Part shown: piece after piece, positions 37,179 through 63,419 of the stretch
Layout of the letters: each line of letters begins with the position of its first letter
Position numbering within the stretch: the stretch's first letter is position 1
From: Amoebidium appalachense
Lineage: Eukaryota > Protista > Ichthyosporea
Reading direction: 5' to 3'
Length of the DNA stretch: 64,000 nt
Assembly: GCA_963693365.1 (NCBI GenBank)
Contig: CAVNZM010000008.1
Location: 992,001 to 1,056,000 of the forward strand
Notes under the pieces: generated by a model
Database searches by the model: none
The model's input: only the letters and a program-made list of their open reading frames with translations
Told to the model about the DNA's origin: nothing
Program-made: the position numbers and the translations under genes

Positions 37179-37894
37179 TCACGACTATTGTGTGGTGTTT
37201 GTGGGTGCGTATATTTCTGTTTGCTCCCATAAATGTTGATCTGACTATTGTTTCCTCTCTCGGTCACGGTGTGGGTGCTTGTTTGAGAGAAACGGAGGAA
37301 GGAGTGGAAGGAATGCACAGGGAGAAAGAAAAGGAGAAGGAGATCACGATGTTTCTCTAACCAAGTACCCATGGTCGTAACTCGTGCCGTGGCCCGTGTG
37401 TCATCATATCAGAAGTAGATGAACTTCGATATTATAGTGGTAAGACAGAAAAATACTGCGCCTAAGCGTGTAATAGCAAGGGATTGAAACACTGGTTCAC
37501 AGGCACAAGGAGCCATTCTACCTACCAGCATAAAGAAGGACACATAGGTGGCATGGTACTCGTCCGCTGGCTCTACCTCGTCAACGTCTGGTGGGCCAGG
37601 CGCATCCACCCCAGACTCGAGCGAGATTCCATCTCGCTCGCTTGTAAGTGACGTATACCCAGTGTCTGCCCGTAATCTCATGTTTCGCTCACTACTAACT
37701 TTACCAGCACCTGGACTGTATTGAAGCAAGGGTTGCTGCTCACTATTCACTGAAAGGTTGCTGCGCGATCCGGGTGTGCCCGAGCCAGACAGGGAACCTT
37801 GCCTTGATGCTCGCTCGTTAGGAAGAGAGGCGTGATTTCTCACAGATGTGTTCCCTTCTTGCTCGTGTGCTATGTCCTCTTGTGGCTGAGCCAT
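32031..37894 (-). CDS. Equilibrative nucleoside transporter (ENT/SLC29 family), 5 exons (37894-37526, 36279-36110, 35282-35075, 33811-33410, 32441-32031), ~519 aa
   Basis: FFMLGLGALFPWNVFITA, VLQAAVFGLAS..P.IYTGAVMLGQGLAG, VFAVTLAVFP, FNLGDTLGR, LRIVFVPLFLMCN, SVTNGMYAT, ERAGALM; phases consistent. Confidence 0.93.
34458..34567 (-). repeat. Intronic dispersed element, copy D
   Basis: Reverse complement CCCTGAGGATGGGCTCTGCTTATTATGCATACTC...GTACTTCGTACTTTTTGACGCATCCAAAA-CCCC in ENT intron 3, sense to ENT. Confidence 0.82.
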
Positions 37895-39552
37895 TGCGTC
37901 GCCCTGACGTTTCGAATGATGAGAAGATAAAAGTGTGTTAACACACTCCTCCCAAGGCGTTTCTGCCGGTAAGGTGCATAGATAGCCACAGCTCAGGGAA
38001 ATTGTTTTGGCTCCCACCACGCTGGCCAACAGCCGTTAAAAGTAGAACTAATAGGTCCTTTAAAGTTACCAGGTGGAAAAGTGAATTGAAATAGCTGCAG
38101 CATATGTCTTTGGCGATGTTTCAGGGACCCAAGAACATGGAGGTGCGCGGCTAGGGTTGGTGGGTAAGGCGAGCATAGAAGATTAGAAGACAAGTAAACT
38201 CTACAACTGCCCGTTTATGTAAATGTGTGTACAACGCCGACCGTATGTAAGTGTGTGCATGCATATCCCGTTTATGTTACACAGTTGCTTTCACAAGAAA
38301 CAGGTTGTAGCATTCAGGGCTTTGATCCCAGAGGGAAAACTTCAGAGATAGAGGCTATCTACACATCTATCGGAAACTTGTGTGTAGCAGCGATTCGCTA
38401 TAATAAAGTCTCTCTCCTTTAGCAGCTTTTATTTTCTAGTTATGAAAACTCTGTTGCGTTTGAACATATATAGATGCGGGTATGTATGATAGTGCGTTGT
38501 CTGATGTCGACAGCTGGGAAACACAACGCCAACAAGAAAAACAAACGAGAAAAACAATCTCTGTGACGACTGACTGACGTCCGACTGTCGGCGGAGTTCC
38601 TCAATATATCCGTTTTAAGATGACTATCCTAGATCACCTTATTAATGCTGCACAGTATGATATTGTGATCCGGTGCCTTGACTTTCTGTCGGAGCTACCG
38701 ATGCTAGCATCTGCTTACCCATAATATGTAATAGGGGTGTCAGATCCTACGATGGCGCTCATTGTTGCCTAGCATGTACATATGTCACTGGCTGCATTTG
38801 ATTGGCTGTGCTGGAAAACGCAGTAGGCCGTCGAATGTGGCTGGGCCTCCGGCAATGTCCACGCAATAAAAAGTGTGTAAACCCCATAAGGCTGAGAACA
38901 GACGGACAACATGTTACAGACAACGCGCAAAACCAATCAGAACGCCGTTACCTAAGAGCAAGCCTAGTTACGATTGGATAAAATCGCTTCATATTGGTGC
39001 TGTTGTGACCAATCATTGTGATGCTCTTATGACGTCATTCCAGAAAAAATTCACGGTGCCACGGTGCCGGGTTAAACTTTGGCTAATATTAGTTAGTGAA
39101 TACTAAAGCCCGCTGGGCAGGACTAATATGGAATATTCACATAAAAAAAGAAATTATACTGAAAAATTGAAACAGGTATTGAGTCATTGAAAAGTTATCC
39201 TCATATTCTATGTACATGACGACAAGGTGAGCCGCCAGCCAGGCGAGTCTGACCGTGAGCCTAGTTCGATGGAATGTCTAGCCACCAATCGGATGACAAG
39301 ATCTAAAGCTTTTTGAATTCTTTCGCGTCAACGTTTCCGAACATCTCCCGGCTGGCTCAGCCTGGGCTCTCTGAAGCCCCTTTCAAAGTTTTATCTTGGT
39401 GGTTCAACTGAGTTTTCTTCTTAGGAGGGTTATAGTAGTGTTGATATTGTCACGCGCACCCCTGCCAAGTGTTAGGCACGTAATGTGCATAAATTGAGCT
39501 AACTAGGACACAAAAGAAAGCAGCCTGCTCACTAGCCCATTCAACGAAAGCG

Positions 39553-53278
<13,726 letters not shown>

Positions 53279-53631
53279 TGCCGCAGACGTTGGATATATT
53301 CTTGTTGGAGTCGTGTTTGTGCCTGGGCAATACATGAGTCTTGGAATAGCAGAGTGTGGTGTGAATGGGGTAATGTGTGATGGTTCGTTTTAACGGCAAT
53401 GTGCACGTGGAAGAAGTGGGTAGGGTGTATACACCGTTAAATGTGTGGCGGTTTGGCAACATAGACTTAGACGGAACATATAGGTGAGAGAACGGTAGCT
53501 AGAAAGACAAAGGCCTGGTTAATACTGCACACAGCATTGCAGTGGTTTTACATAGTTTAATGCACGGGTTTAATTGGCCTAAGAAAGTGTAGTAAAATAA
53601 TGGTGCACATGATCATGGTGTGCCATGTATG

Positions 53632-53673
<42 letters not shown>

Positions 53674-53961
53674 ATTGAATCACAAGTGTTAAGATGTACA
53701 TAAATGATTTTTTTTTTGTTTAAACGGAGATCGTTTTTAGCAGTAGAGATGTCTATGTAGCTAGCAGATTTTGAATAAGGTAGCAAATGCGTGCACGTAT
53801 AAGCAAAGATAATTATCTTTAGAACACCATCTAGGCCTAGTAAACCTAAGAAGCAGTAAGAGTAGATTAATGGTTGGTAGGAGCATGCCTCTAGATCCAA
53901 CGTTGTAATAACACAACATGGAGTGGTGGTAAACACATGTACGCGTAGAGGAATAAAACGA

Positions 53962-56690
53962 AGCTGTGCAAAATGGCGCACACCACAGTGACGCAGCCAA
54001 TCAGAGTTGTCGGTTAAAAACATTTGTAGCTGCTGTTAGAACACCGGGCAGGGAAAATTGGCGCATACCATGCAGCCAATCTGCATTGCGTGTTAGAAAG
54101 TAGCCGCCCTCAAAAACGGGCAGTGAAAACTGTCAGATACCACGCAGCCAATCAGAGTCCAGATCAGCCAAAAACGTTTATAGCTGCCGTAAAAACAACT
54201 GGCACATGCCACCCAGCCAACTTGGTAGCAGCGGTCCAAAAACGGACAGGTGTTGATGTGCCAGTCCTTGAAAAAATCGATTTCTACCCCCTCCATATTT
54301 GCTTACGCTAAGCGATAACGGGCAGCTCACTAATAAAGTGGAGGATAATTACATAATGGATGTTGATGTGCCAGCCCTTGAAAAAATCGATTTCTACCCC
54401 CTCCATATTTGCTTACGCTAAGCGATAACGGGCAGCTCACTAATAAAGTGGAGGATAATTACATAATGGATGTTGATGTGCCAGCCCTTGAAAAAATCGA
54501 TTTCTACCCCCTCCATATTTGCTTACGCTAAGCGATAACGGGCAGCTCGAACCAGATTTTTTCACTGGTAGACATACATAAATTCTAACTAACCAACCCC
54601 AACTTAATAATCAAATTTCATTTTCTCCCCTGGTTTCTGGGTTCATTCTCTTACAAATGACATTGGGTTTATATTGAAAGTTGAATTTTCGGACCTTCCG
54701 GCCTCGATTGGCCGACTGGATCAATTAGGGAAATTGGTCGATCTTGATCGGCTACGCACCCCCAATTTTTATTTGAAAACCATCCGCCAAGTCTCCCTAA
54801 TAGCCGCTGTTAAAGAACGGGCAGTGAAACTGGAGCATACCACGCAGCCAATCAGAGTTGTCAGTTACAACCAACTATAGCTGTTATTAAAAACAGGCAG
54901 TGAAAACTGGCGCATACGTATACACACAGCCAATCAGCAATGTTTCTTTAAAAAGTAGCCGCCATCAATGAAGGGCAGTGAAAACTGGCGCATATCACGC
55001 AGTCAATCCGAGTTGCCTGTCAGTTACATTTATAGCCGCAGTTAAAAAACGGGAGTGAAAACTGGCGCATACCACGCAGCTATTCAGAGTTGTCGGCTAA
55101 AAACATTTATAGCCGCCGTCAAAAAACGGGCAGTGAATATTGGCGCATACCACGCAGCCATTAGCATTCTATGTTAAAAGGGTCGAAGGCAGCAAAAACG
55201 GGCAGTGAAAACTGGCGCATGCCACACAGCCAATCAGAGTTGTCGGTCAATGACATTTATAGCCGCCGTTAAAACGGGCAGTGAAACCTGGCGCATACCA
55301 CAAGGCCAATCTGGATTGTTTGTTAAAAAAGCAGCCGCCGACATAAAACGGGCAGTAAAAACTGGCGCATACCACACAGCCCCAATCAGAGTTGTCAGTC
55401 AATTACATCTATAGCCGCCGTTAAAAACCGGGCAGTGAAAACTGGCGCATACCACGCAGCCAATCAGGTCGGTTAAAAACATTAATAGCTGCAGTTAAAA
55501 ATTGGGCAGTGAAAACTACTGCATACCACACAGCCAATCAGCAGTATTTGTTAAACAAGTAGCAGCCGTCAAAAAGGGGCAGTGAAAACTGTCGCATATC
55601 ACGCAGCCAATCAGAGTTGCCGGTCAGTTTCACTTATAGCCGCCGTTAAAAAACGGGCAGTGAAAACTGGCACATACCATGGAGCCATGCACGATTGTTT
55701 CGTAAAAAAGTAGCCGCCACAAAACGAACAGTGAAAACTGGCGCATGCCACGCAGCCAAACAGAGTTGTCAGTTACAAACAATTATAGCTGCCATTAAAA
55801 ATCGGGCAGTGAAAATTAGCGCATACCACACAGCCAATCAGCAATATTTCTTTGAAAAGTAGTCGCCATCAAAAAGGGGCAGTGAAAACTGCCGCATATC
55901 ACGCAGCCAATCTAGGTTGCTGTGGAGTTACATTTACAGCCGCCGTTAAGAAACGGGCAGTGAAAACTGGCGCATACCACGCAGCCAATCAGAGTTGTCG
56001 GTTAAAAACAATTATAGCTGCCGTTAACTTATTGAATGGGCAGTGAAAACTAGCGCATACCACACAGCAGCCAACCAGCAATAATTGTCCATTAAGTATC
56101 CCCCGTCAAAAAGGGGCATTGAAAACTGGCGCATATCACGCAGCCAACCAGAGTTGGTGGTCAGTTACATTAATAGGAGCAGTTAAAAAAAAGGGCAGTG
56201 AAAACTGGCACATACCACGCAGCTATTCAGAATTGTCGGTTAACACCATTTATAGTCGCCGTTAAAAAACGGGCAGTGAAATTGGCGCATACCACGCAGC
56301 TTTTAGCATTGTATGTTAAAAGGGTCGCCGGCATCAAAAACGGGAAGTGAAACCAGGCGCATTCCACGCAGCCAATCAGAGTTGTCGGTCAATTACATTT
56401 ATAGCCGCCGTTAAAAAACGGGAAGTGAAAACTGGGGCATACCACGGAACCAATCAGGATTGTTTGTTAACATAGTAGCCGCTGTCATGAAACGGGCAGT
56501 AAAAACTGGTGGATACCATGCAGCCAATCAGAATTGTTCGTTAATGTAGTAACCGCCGTCACAAAACGAGCAGGAAAAACTGGCGCAACCACGCAGCCAA
56601 TCAAGTTGTCAGTCGATTACATTTCTAGCCGCCGTTAAAAAACGGGCAGTGAAAACTGGCGCATACCACGCAGCCAATCAGAGTTGTTCA
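53962..56690. repeat. Tandem array of ~29 units of 72-83 bp with higher-order structure, interrupted at ~54250-54800
   Basis: Core AAAACGGGCAGTGAAAACTGGCGCATACCACGCAGCCAATCAG counted 25 times in 54821-56646 and 3-4 times in 53962-54250, separated by ~30-35 nt variable segments. Confidence 0.96.
54251..54548. repeat. Near-identical 110 bp tandem repeat (2.7 copies) inside the array
   Basis: TGTTGATGTGCCAG(T/C)CCTTGAAAAAATCGATTTCTACCCCCTCC... starts at 54251, 54361 and 54471. Confidence 0.96.
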
Positions 56691-57768
56691 GTGAACATGA
56701 TAGTGACTCGCTTGGGTTGGTGTGCATGGTCACTTGTTTATGTTATCGAATGCGTATGTGTACACTTAGCTGGATGCGACTGTGGATACCGTTTCAATTC
56801 CTGTGTGTGGTGGTGGGCATCACTGGTGAAGAATGTGTGGCACGGCATACATGGAAGTGCACGTGTAGGTACGTGGGTTTGTGTGACTACTGTTAAGATT
56901 TGCGTGTGTGTTTGCTTGTGTGTACGTGTGGGTGTCAACGTTTGCATGGCGTGTGTACAGGGGCCTATATCGATATCACCTCCCCCCCCCCCCCCCGACA
57001 CACACACACCTCCTCCTCTCTTTCTCTGTGTACTTTCATGCGTGCTTGCACGCGCGTGTGTTTCTGTGTGTCCATACAGGGAAATGCCAGTGTGTTGTGC
57101 GTACGTACATAGACAAGTGCGTGTAGCTACATGAAAAGCTACGCATGTGCCCATGATTATTAACTAGGCACCTGCCCTCGCGTACGTAATAGCCATCAGC
57201 TCAGTTCTAGTTCGAGTATGTACATATGTACCTGTCTCAGTGTGTCTAAATTTGTCTTGAAAGTTCGGGAACACGTGAGCGTGCGCACGTGCCAGTGCTA
57301 TACTGTCAATGAACACGTGTGCATGTGTTTGTGTGTTTGTAGTGCACACGTACGGCACGCTCATCTGCGCCCCACGGAGGTGGGATGGGGGTGTGGGGGG
57401 GGGGGGGGGGGGGGGGGGGGTTAGAGAGGGGGGACGATGAGCGTTGTTCACTCTCATAGCATGCCTGTGTTCGGATTTGGGATGTACATATACATGGATG
57501 CCATGGCATGTCCTTTATTGATTGTTTGTGGGCCGTATTTCCATTCGTTGGTCATTCAGAACTCAAATTGTAAGTACTCCCCCCCCCCCCCCCCCCCCCC
57601 CCTCTCCTCCCCCCCCCCCCCCCCCCCCCCCCCCTGGAGACCCAAAACCACCCTGAACGTGTGCAAATTCTGCTTGCTGCCGGCACTTGCCTCATTCGTT
57701 ATTTTTACCTAATGCTTCACCCCCCTCCCCCCCCCCCCCCGCCATCGTCCTCTTTAGGAAAACACCCA

Positions 57769-57939
57769 CTAATCGATCTTTGCAAAGCACAACGATGCAT
57801 TTGTGCCTCCAAACCCGAACGAGTTAGTGAGTGCCGCCTTGACTTCCCTCGTTTGTGTAACGTTGGGGACATAATTGAGGTTGAAATCTGTGGGGTTGTC
57901 TCCCTCATGGAAGTTGAGGGTCGGTGGTAGCTGGCCCTG

Positions 57940-58010
<71 letters not shown>

Positions 58011-58033
58011 GTGTGCGGGTGTATGTATGTGTG

Positions 58034-58124
<91 letters not shown>

Positions 58125-58168
58125 GTATGCAGGTTTATGTATGTGTGACTGTGTGTCTGTGTATGTGT

Positions 58169-58242
<74 letters not shown>

Positions 58243-58297
58243 GTATGCAGGTTTATGTATGTGTGACTGTGTGATTGTGTATGTGTGTGTATGTGTG

Positions 58298-58340
<43 letters not shown>

Positions 58341-59814
58341 TGTCATGGTCAAATAAGGTGAGTGAAAAACAGTGTGATCAAGGGGGAAAAAGGGGGGAGG
58401 GGAGGGTACTGATCTTGCTGCGACATTGCTATCTTCCGTTTGCCTTTTTTCCAAACCCATCGTTTCCTTGGCGCACTGTGCCCGTCACTGCTTGTCCGGC
58501 CCTCTTTCACCAGGTACCCCATGTGCTGATATCTGCCATTTGCTTTTCAGGTTTTAAAAAAGCAGAAGGGAAGCATGGGTGGATGGTTGTGTTTGTAGTT
58601 AAAAAAATGATATGGTTGGATGGGTCCACGGGGGGAGGAAGAGGGAACGCTTACAGTTGCCAGAAAGATTGGGCGGGTAGGTGGGTGTGTTATGGTGTGG
58701 AAAAGAAGGCTGGGTGTGTGGGTGTGTACATGAATGTCTGTGCGTAGTTGTGTGCCTGTGTGCGCACGCGTGCATGTGTGTGTGCAGGCGCATGCGTCTG
58801 TGTTGGGATGGTGTGTGTGTGTGTGTGTGTATGAATGAGACGGGGAGGAAGGGGGAGGAGGGGGGGAAGGGGGGGAGGGGGGGGGGGGGGGAGGGGGCTC
58901 TGTACTGTCTGCAGTGCCATGATGGTGAAGATTGCCTCCACCGACCCAGCAGCCCCGAGCAGATGGCCCACAGCGCCCTGCAGCCAATCAAATGCAAGAT
59001 ATGACGTTAGTGGCATAACCGGGACCAATCAGAAACAGCCACGACATTTTGTGAGCAAACGGGCTACTAAGGGGCATTTTACTAGCACAAAGACACAATG
59101 CAATACGGCACCATGCCTATGGCTGTGGAAAAAACGAACACATGGGGCAGTGCCAAACAGGAGACTCACCGGCGTGCTGGTGGCGCAAGGGGAAGGGGGG
59201 GGGGGGGAGGGGAGGGGGGTGGGTGGGTGGGTGGGTGTGTGTGTGGGGGGGGGGGGGGGAGACATACCTTTGTGGAGGACACTGCAAGATGATTTGCATG
59301 GGGGCCGAATACGGCCTTAATTGCCATGTTCTCCAGCTCATCCCCTGCATGTGGTTGGTGGGTTATCATGCAGAATTGGCAGATATGCCTAATTTGGACA
59401 TCCCTCATTCTCCCATTGCTAATGCACGCTTTGGGTCACATGACACACAAAAATCCAGCGACCATGAAAACGGAAAATTCGGGTTTTGCAACCAGCATTT
59501 GCGTGTCTGAAACGCCAAAATGAGTGTTGTGTGCATGTGCAGATGAGGCCAACTTCCAAATACTTGGGCCCTGATCGGATGAACAAATCAAGCCTTCCCC
59601 CCTCCCCCCCCCCCTCTTTCTCTCCCCACTCCCCCCTCCCCCAAACACCCACCCATCTCGGGGCCTTCCCTCTCATCATTCCTCCCTTCTTCCTTACAAC
59701 CACAGTCACAATCATCGCCCAGATCCATCCATCATACATCGAGCAAATAATGAACGTTTTGTATGAAACACATGAACCATCTAGGAGATGCAAGCTTGTT
59801 GCTGCACGGGGGGG

Positions 59815-59849
<35 letters not shown>

Positions 59850-59905
59850 CTAGCCGACTCGTTGGCTTTTGAGAAGAGGGCAAAAGAGGATGAAATGGGC
59901 GTCGG

Positions 59906-59940
<35 letters not shown>

Positions 59941-60168
59941 AGGGGATTTTACCCATTGGGGTGGAAGTTGCGTGGGCATTCACATAGTCTATGTCTGTTG
60001 GCTGCAGCCCGGCCTGAAAGAACCCCCCAAGTAAATATATCACCCAATTCAACATGTCAATTCGATCCCCCTTTCCACTGGCTGCCCTAGTCTTACTCTG
60101 GCTCCATTCGCCCATATCCTTTTCTCATGCTTTTTCACAAGCCAGCTCTTTCCTTCTTCCCTCATCAG

Positions 60169-60221
<53 letters not shown>

Positions 60222-60975
60222 AAAAAAAAAAAAAAAAGAAAAAAGGGGTTGCTGCGGACCGGACACTAGAGTGTATACATTTGCGAATGAATTCGCCTCT
60301 CATCACGCCCTCAGCATTTAATGTATTCGTCACTTGCCAGGAGACGAGAAGAAGGGATCTGCCTCTCCGTTCCCCTCCATCTATCCCTCTCTCTCTTTCT
60401 CTCGCGTGTCACGTGTATGGATGTGTGTATGTGTGCATGTGTGTGTATGTGTGCATGTGTGTGTGTTTGTGTGCATGTGTGTGTGTATGTGTGCATGTGT
60501 ATGGTGTGTGTGTGTGCGCGCGCGCGGTGTGTGAGTGCGCATGTGCGTGTATGCGTGTGTGTGTTTGTGTGCATGTGCGCCTGTGTGGATGTGGTACACA
60601 CCTGTCTCAGGGCCATCTCCATGCACCTTCTTGCCCCACTAGCTACGGGGGAGGGTGCCGTGATATGGTGCGCATCCCCTGCAGCCAACGTGTGAGGTGA
60701 CAGGGGGGGGGGGGGGGGGGGGAGGGGGGGGAAGGGGAGGGATAGGACGGCTTGGGTACACTGCTTGATAAAAAGAAGAGGTGTTGGCGATGGTGGTGGC
60801 TGTGAAATGGGTCGGAGGTTTTATAGAGAGAGGACAAAGTGCAGGTGTAGCGGATGAGAGTGGAGGCTGTGTGCACCGTGTACTTGTGGGGAGAGGGGGG
60901 GAGAGGGGGTGGGGGGGAGGTCTTAGCGGGCATTGCCTATCTGCTGATAAAAGTAAGTGTGTCAGGACAAGGGCG

Positions 60976-61008
<33 letters not shown>

Positions 61009-62990
61009 AGGAGGAGGGGAGGATGGTGACACAGAGAGAGGGGGAAAGGGGGGCCTGGGGTTTGGTGAGGGTGGGGTGGGAGTGGGGGGTGTGCTAGTAC
61101 CAGAGAGCCCGTAGCCTCTGATCTCGGCGTATATTTTTGCCCCCCTCTGCTTGGCATGCTCGTATTCCTGCAGCCACAGTAATCAGAAGTCAAGTATCCA
61201 CTTGAACACGCTTAGATCATCATACGAAAAAGTAACGATGAGAGCAACACGTGTAGTCTCTGAGAATCCTATTTTATTACACATATAAGATTTGGTTTTT
61301 TGCGGATTGTTCACATAGCCATAGTATTATTACATGCAACAGACATGAGAGAAGCATGCCGTTACGAGTAGCTATGGATTCGAGAAGGTTCCCGCAGAGA
61401 GTTAAATTTAAGACCTGCCTAAACTACTTATAGTAAACAGCTCTTTGGTCCCCGCACCTTGTTCGGCTAATGCCGATGACAACTATTAGAATTAAAGATG
61501 GAGGTAATAATCATAAACTAATGTTGTTTAACCGTGGGATTGCCATATCTGGCCCACCTATTAAGATAGGTATAGTTAAGAAAGATAAGAAAAGATTACC
61601 ATAGTGCGTTATTACTAGCAGGAATAATGTTCTTTATATCATCATTAGCAGAACATTTAGACCACCTCAGTAAGTTCAACGGCTCTTACCGCGATTGGCA
61701 TGAATCCGTGCTGTGCCCCACAAATTTCAGAACACTGTCCATAGCTGGTGATCTTGCAAAGTTCTACAGTACGAACTTGCGCATGTCATTGGTGATCATG
61801 TCATTGTATAGAGTGATATGAAAATGCCCTGAAACAGAATATGGAACACTTTTATATAGAGATATGTTAATTAGAGAATATATAAAAGGAACAATGGAAG
61901 CACAAGGGTATAGCGTGGGTGACATAATGATTAAAAGAAAAATAAAAGACATGAGTATCATTATTCAAATAGAAAAAGGAATCGAACCAATTCAGACCAC
62001 GGGCCAACAGAGAAGGGGTTGGGTGTGGTTGTTGGTTCCTTGGGCTGCTATGCGGTACAAAAATACACGCCTGTAGAACAACCCCAACATTCTACACATT
62101 GGACACCTGCACGAAAAGACACACACACACACACACAGCCCCCTTCCCCCCCCCCCCCCCAAAAAAAAATAAAATAAAATAAAATAAAATAAATAAATAA
62201 ATAAATAGAAATAACAAAGAGGGGGTGGGGTGGGGTGGGGGGGGGGGGGGGGGGAGGGGGGGGGGAAGACATCTCCACGCACCTCCAGCACCACCACGCC
62301 TGCACCCTCACCCATCACAAATCCGTCCCTGTCCTTGTCGAAGGGTCGGGATGCCTCCTTGGGGGTTTTATTGTACTTTGTGGCTAGTGCTTTGACCCTG
62401 TGATTTTAGAGAGAAGGGGGAGGGGAGGGGGGGGGGGGGGGGGGATAGTTAGTGAGGTGGTGATGGTAGCGTATGTCGTAGGGGGGGGAGAGGGGGGGGG
62501 GGGGGGGGGGGAAAGGGGAAGTGGGAGCAAAGGAACTGGAATATGATGAATGGAGATGTTCGTCTGTGTGCGTGTGTTGGTGGTTCCTTCCGCTTTCTAA
62601 CTTTCTCGCCATGTATGGTGGTGGGCCAAGGAGGTCTCTACGCAGTCTGCGGTGTTTCTTTGGCACTTATCACTGGCTGCAAAGCCCACGATTACACATC
62701 ATGTGTGTGTGTGTGTGTGTGTGGGTGGGTGGGTGGGTGGGCGCGGGCGCTGGGGCGGGGAGGAGGGGGAGGGGGGGGGGGGGGGGACCTTGCAAACCCG
62801 GCTATGCTCAGGGGGGACACACACGACTCTGTGCCGCCAGCAACCATCACATCGGCCGACCCTACACAGGACAGGGTCAGGGGGGGTCCAAAAAAGGTGT
62901 AATCAGAAATTTGGAGCCTTTCTCCTTTCTTGTGGTTGCTGCTGTATTGAGCACCAGGGCAGGAATCATGTACATTGTGAGGAAAGGCCA

Positions 62991-63031
<41 letters not shown>

Positions 63032-63282
63032 GGGAGGAGGGGGGGGGGGGGAGGAGGGAGGGGGAGAATATGTTGGTAGAGAATGCCGCCGGAATGAACG
63101 GTTAGCGGGGAGGGGAGAGGGGATGTTTTTGTGGTGTATTTATGGATTGTTAGCAGTGGTAGTGGTGGTGGGGATGGTAGAGGTGGTGGGGTGGGGTGTG
63201 TGTGTGTGTGTGTGTATGTGGGGGGGGGGGGGGGGGGGAGGGAGGGAGGGGAGGGGGCGATTTGGGGGGTGGGGGGGGCGAT

Positions 63283-63323
<41 letters not shown>

Positions 63324-63419
63324 AGTACGAGGGTACTCACCGTCTCTGATCATTCTGAAGGCATCGCCGATACCGTGGGCACCAGTGGCACAGGCAGTGG
63401 ACACGGCATGGTTGGGGCC
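57769..63419 (-). CDS. fabF: 3-oxoacyl-ACP synthase (FabF/OXSM/CEM1 type, probably mitochondrial), 3' part only; exons 63419-63341, 62861-62789, 62397-62283, 61167-61101, 60678-60602, 60013-59953, 59344-59268, 58977-58906, 57936-57769; 5' exons lie beyond the window
   Basis: [107 protein letters not shown]. Confidence 0.95.
61210..61446 (-). other. NUMT: truncated mitochondrial group I intron following the cox1 exon
   Basis: Minus strand shows P (CTGCGGGAA, 61397-61389), Q (ACAATCCGCA, 61310-61301) and R (TCTCAGAGACTACACG, 61265-61250) in the correct order; no S element seen. Confidence 0.8.
61447..61600 (-). pseudogene. cox1: NUMT: cox1 fragment
   Basis: [20 protein letters not shown](TGA=W)[10 protein letters not shown], then a frameshift, then [11 protein letters not shown], matching Cox1 [20 protein letters not shown]...EQGAGTGW. 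Confidence 0.9.
61609..61667 (+). pseudogene. nad1: NUMT: nad1 fragment
   Basis: [15 protein letters not shown], then with a 1 nt shift TFRPP, resembling Nad1 [16 protein letters not shown]. Short. Confidence 0.65.
61807..61980 (+). pseudogene. rps3: NUMT: probable mitochondrial rps3 N-terminal fragment
   Basis: YRVI(TGA=W)[50 protein letters not shown] fits the S3 pattern W....Y..LL..D..IR.YI.......I.I.R....I.I; AT-rich codons. Confidence 0.6.

Noticed and set aside
53633-53672. Poly-T (and poly-A at 1359-1412) as retroposon tails
   Set aside because: No TSD or recognisable SINE/LINE body; homopolymers are ubiquitous here.
53962-56690. CRISPR array
   Set aside because: The variable segments are mutually homologous and block-duplicated, the repeats are degenerate, there are no cas genes, and the context is eukaryotic.
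54821-56690. Hammerhead ribozyme or retrozyme repeats
   Set aside because: GAAA is present, but I find no CUGANGA core in the units on either strand (the minus strand reads CUGAUUGG).
54090-56700. Repeat protein (KRAVKTGAYHAANQSCR) encoded by the array
   Set aside because: Unit lengths of 72-83 nt break frame and stops are frequent; no continuous ORF.
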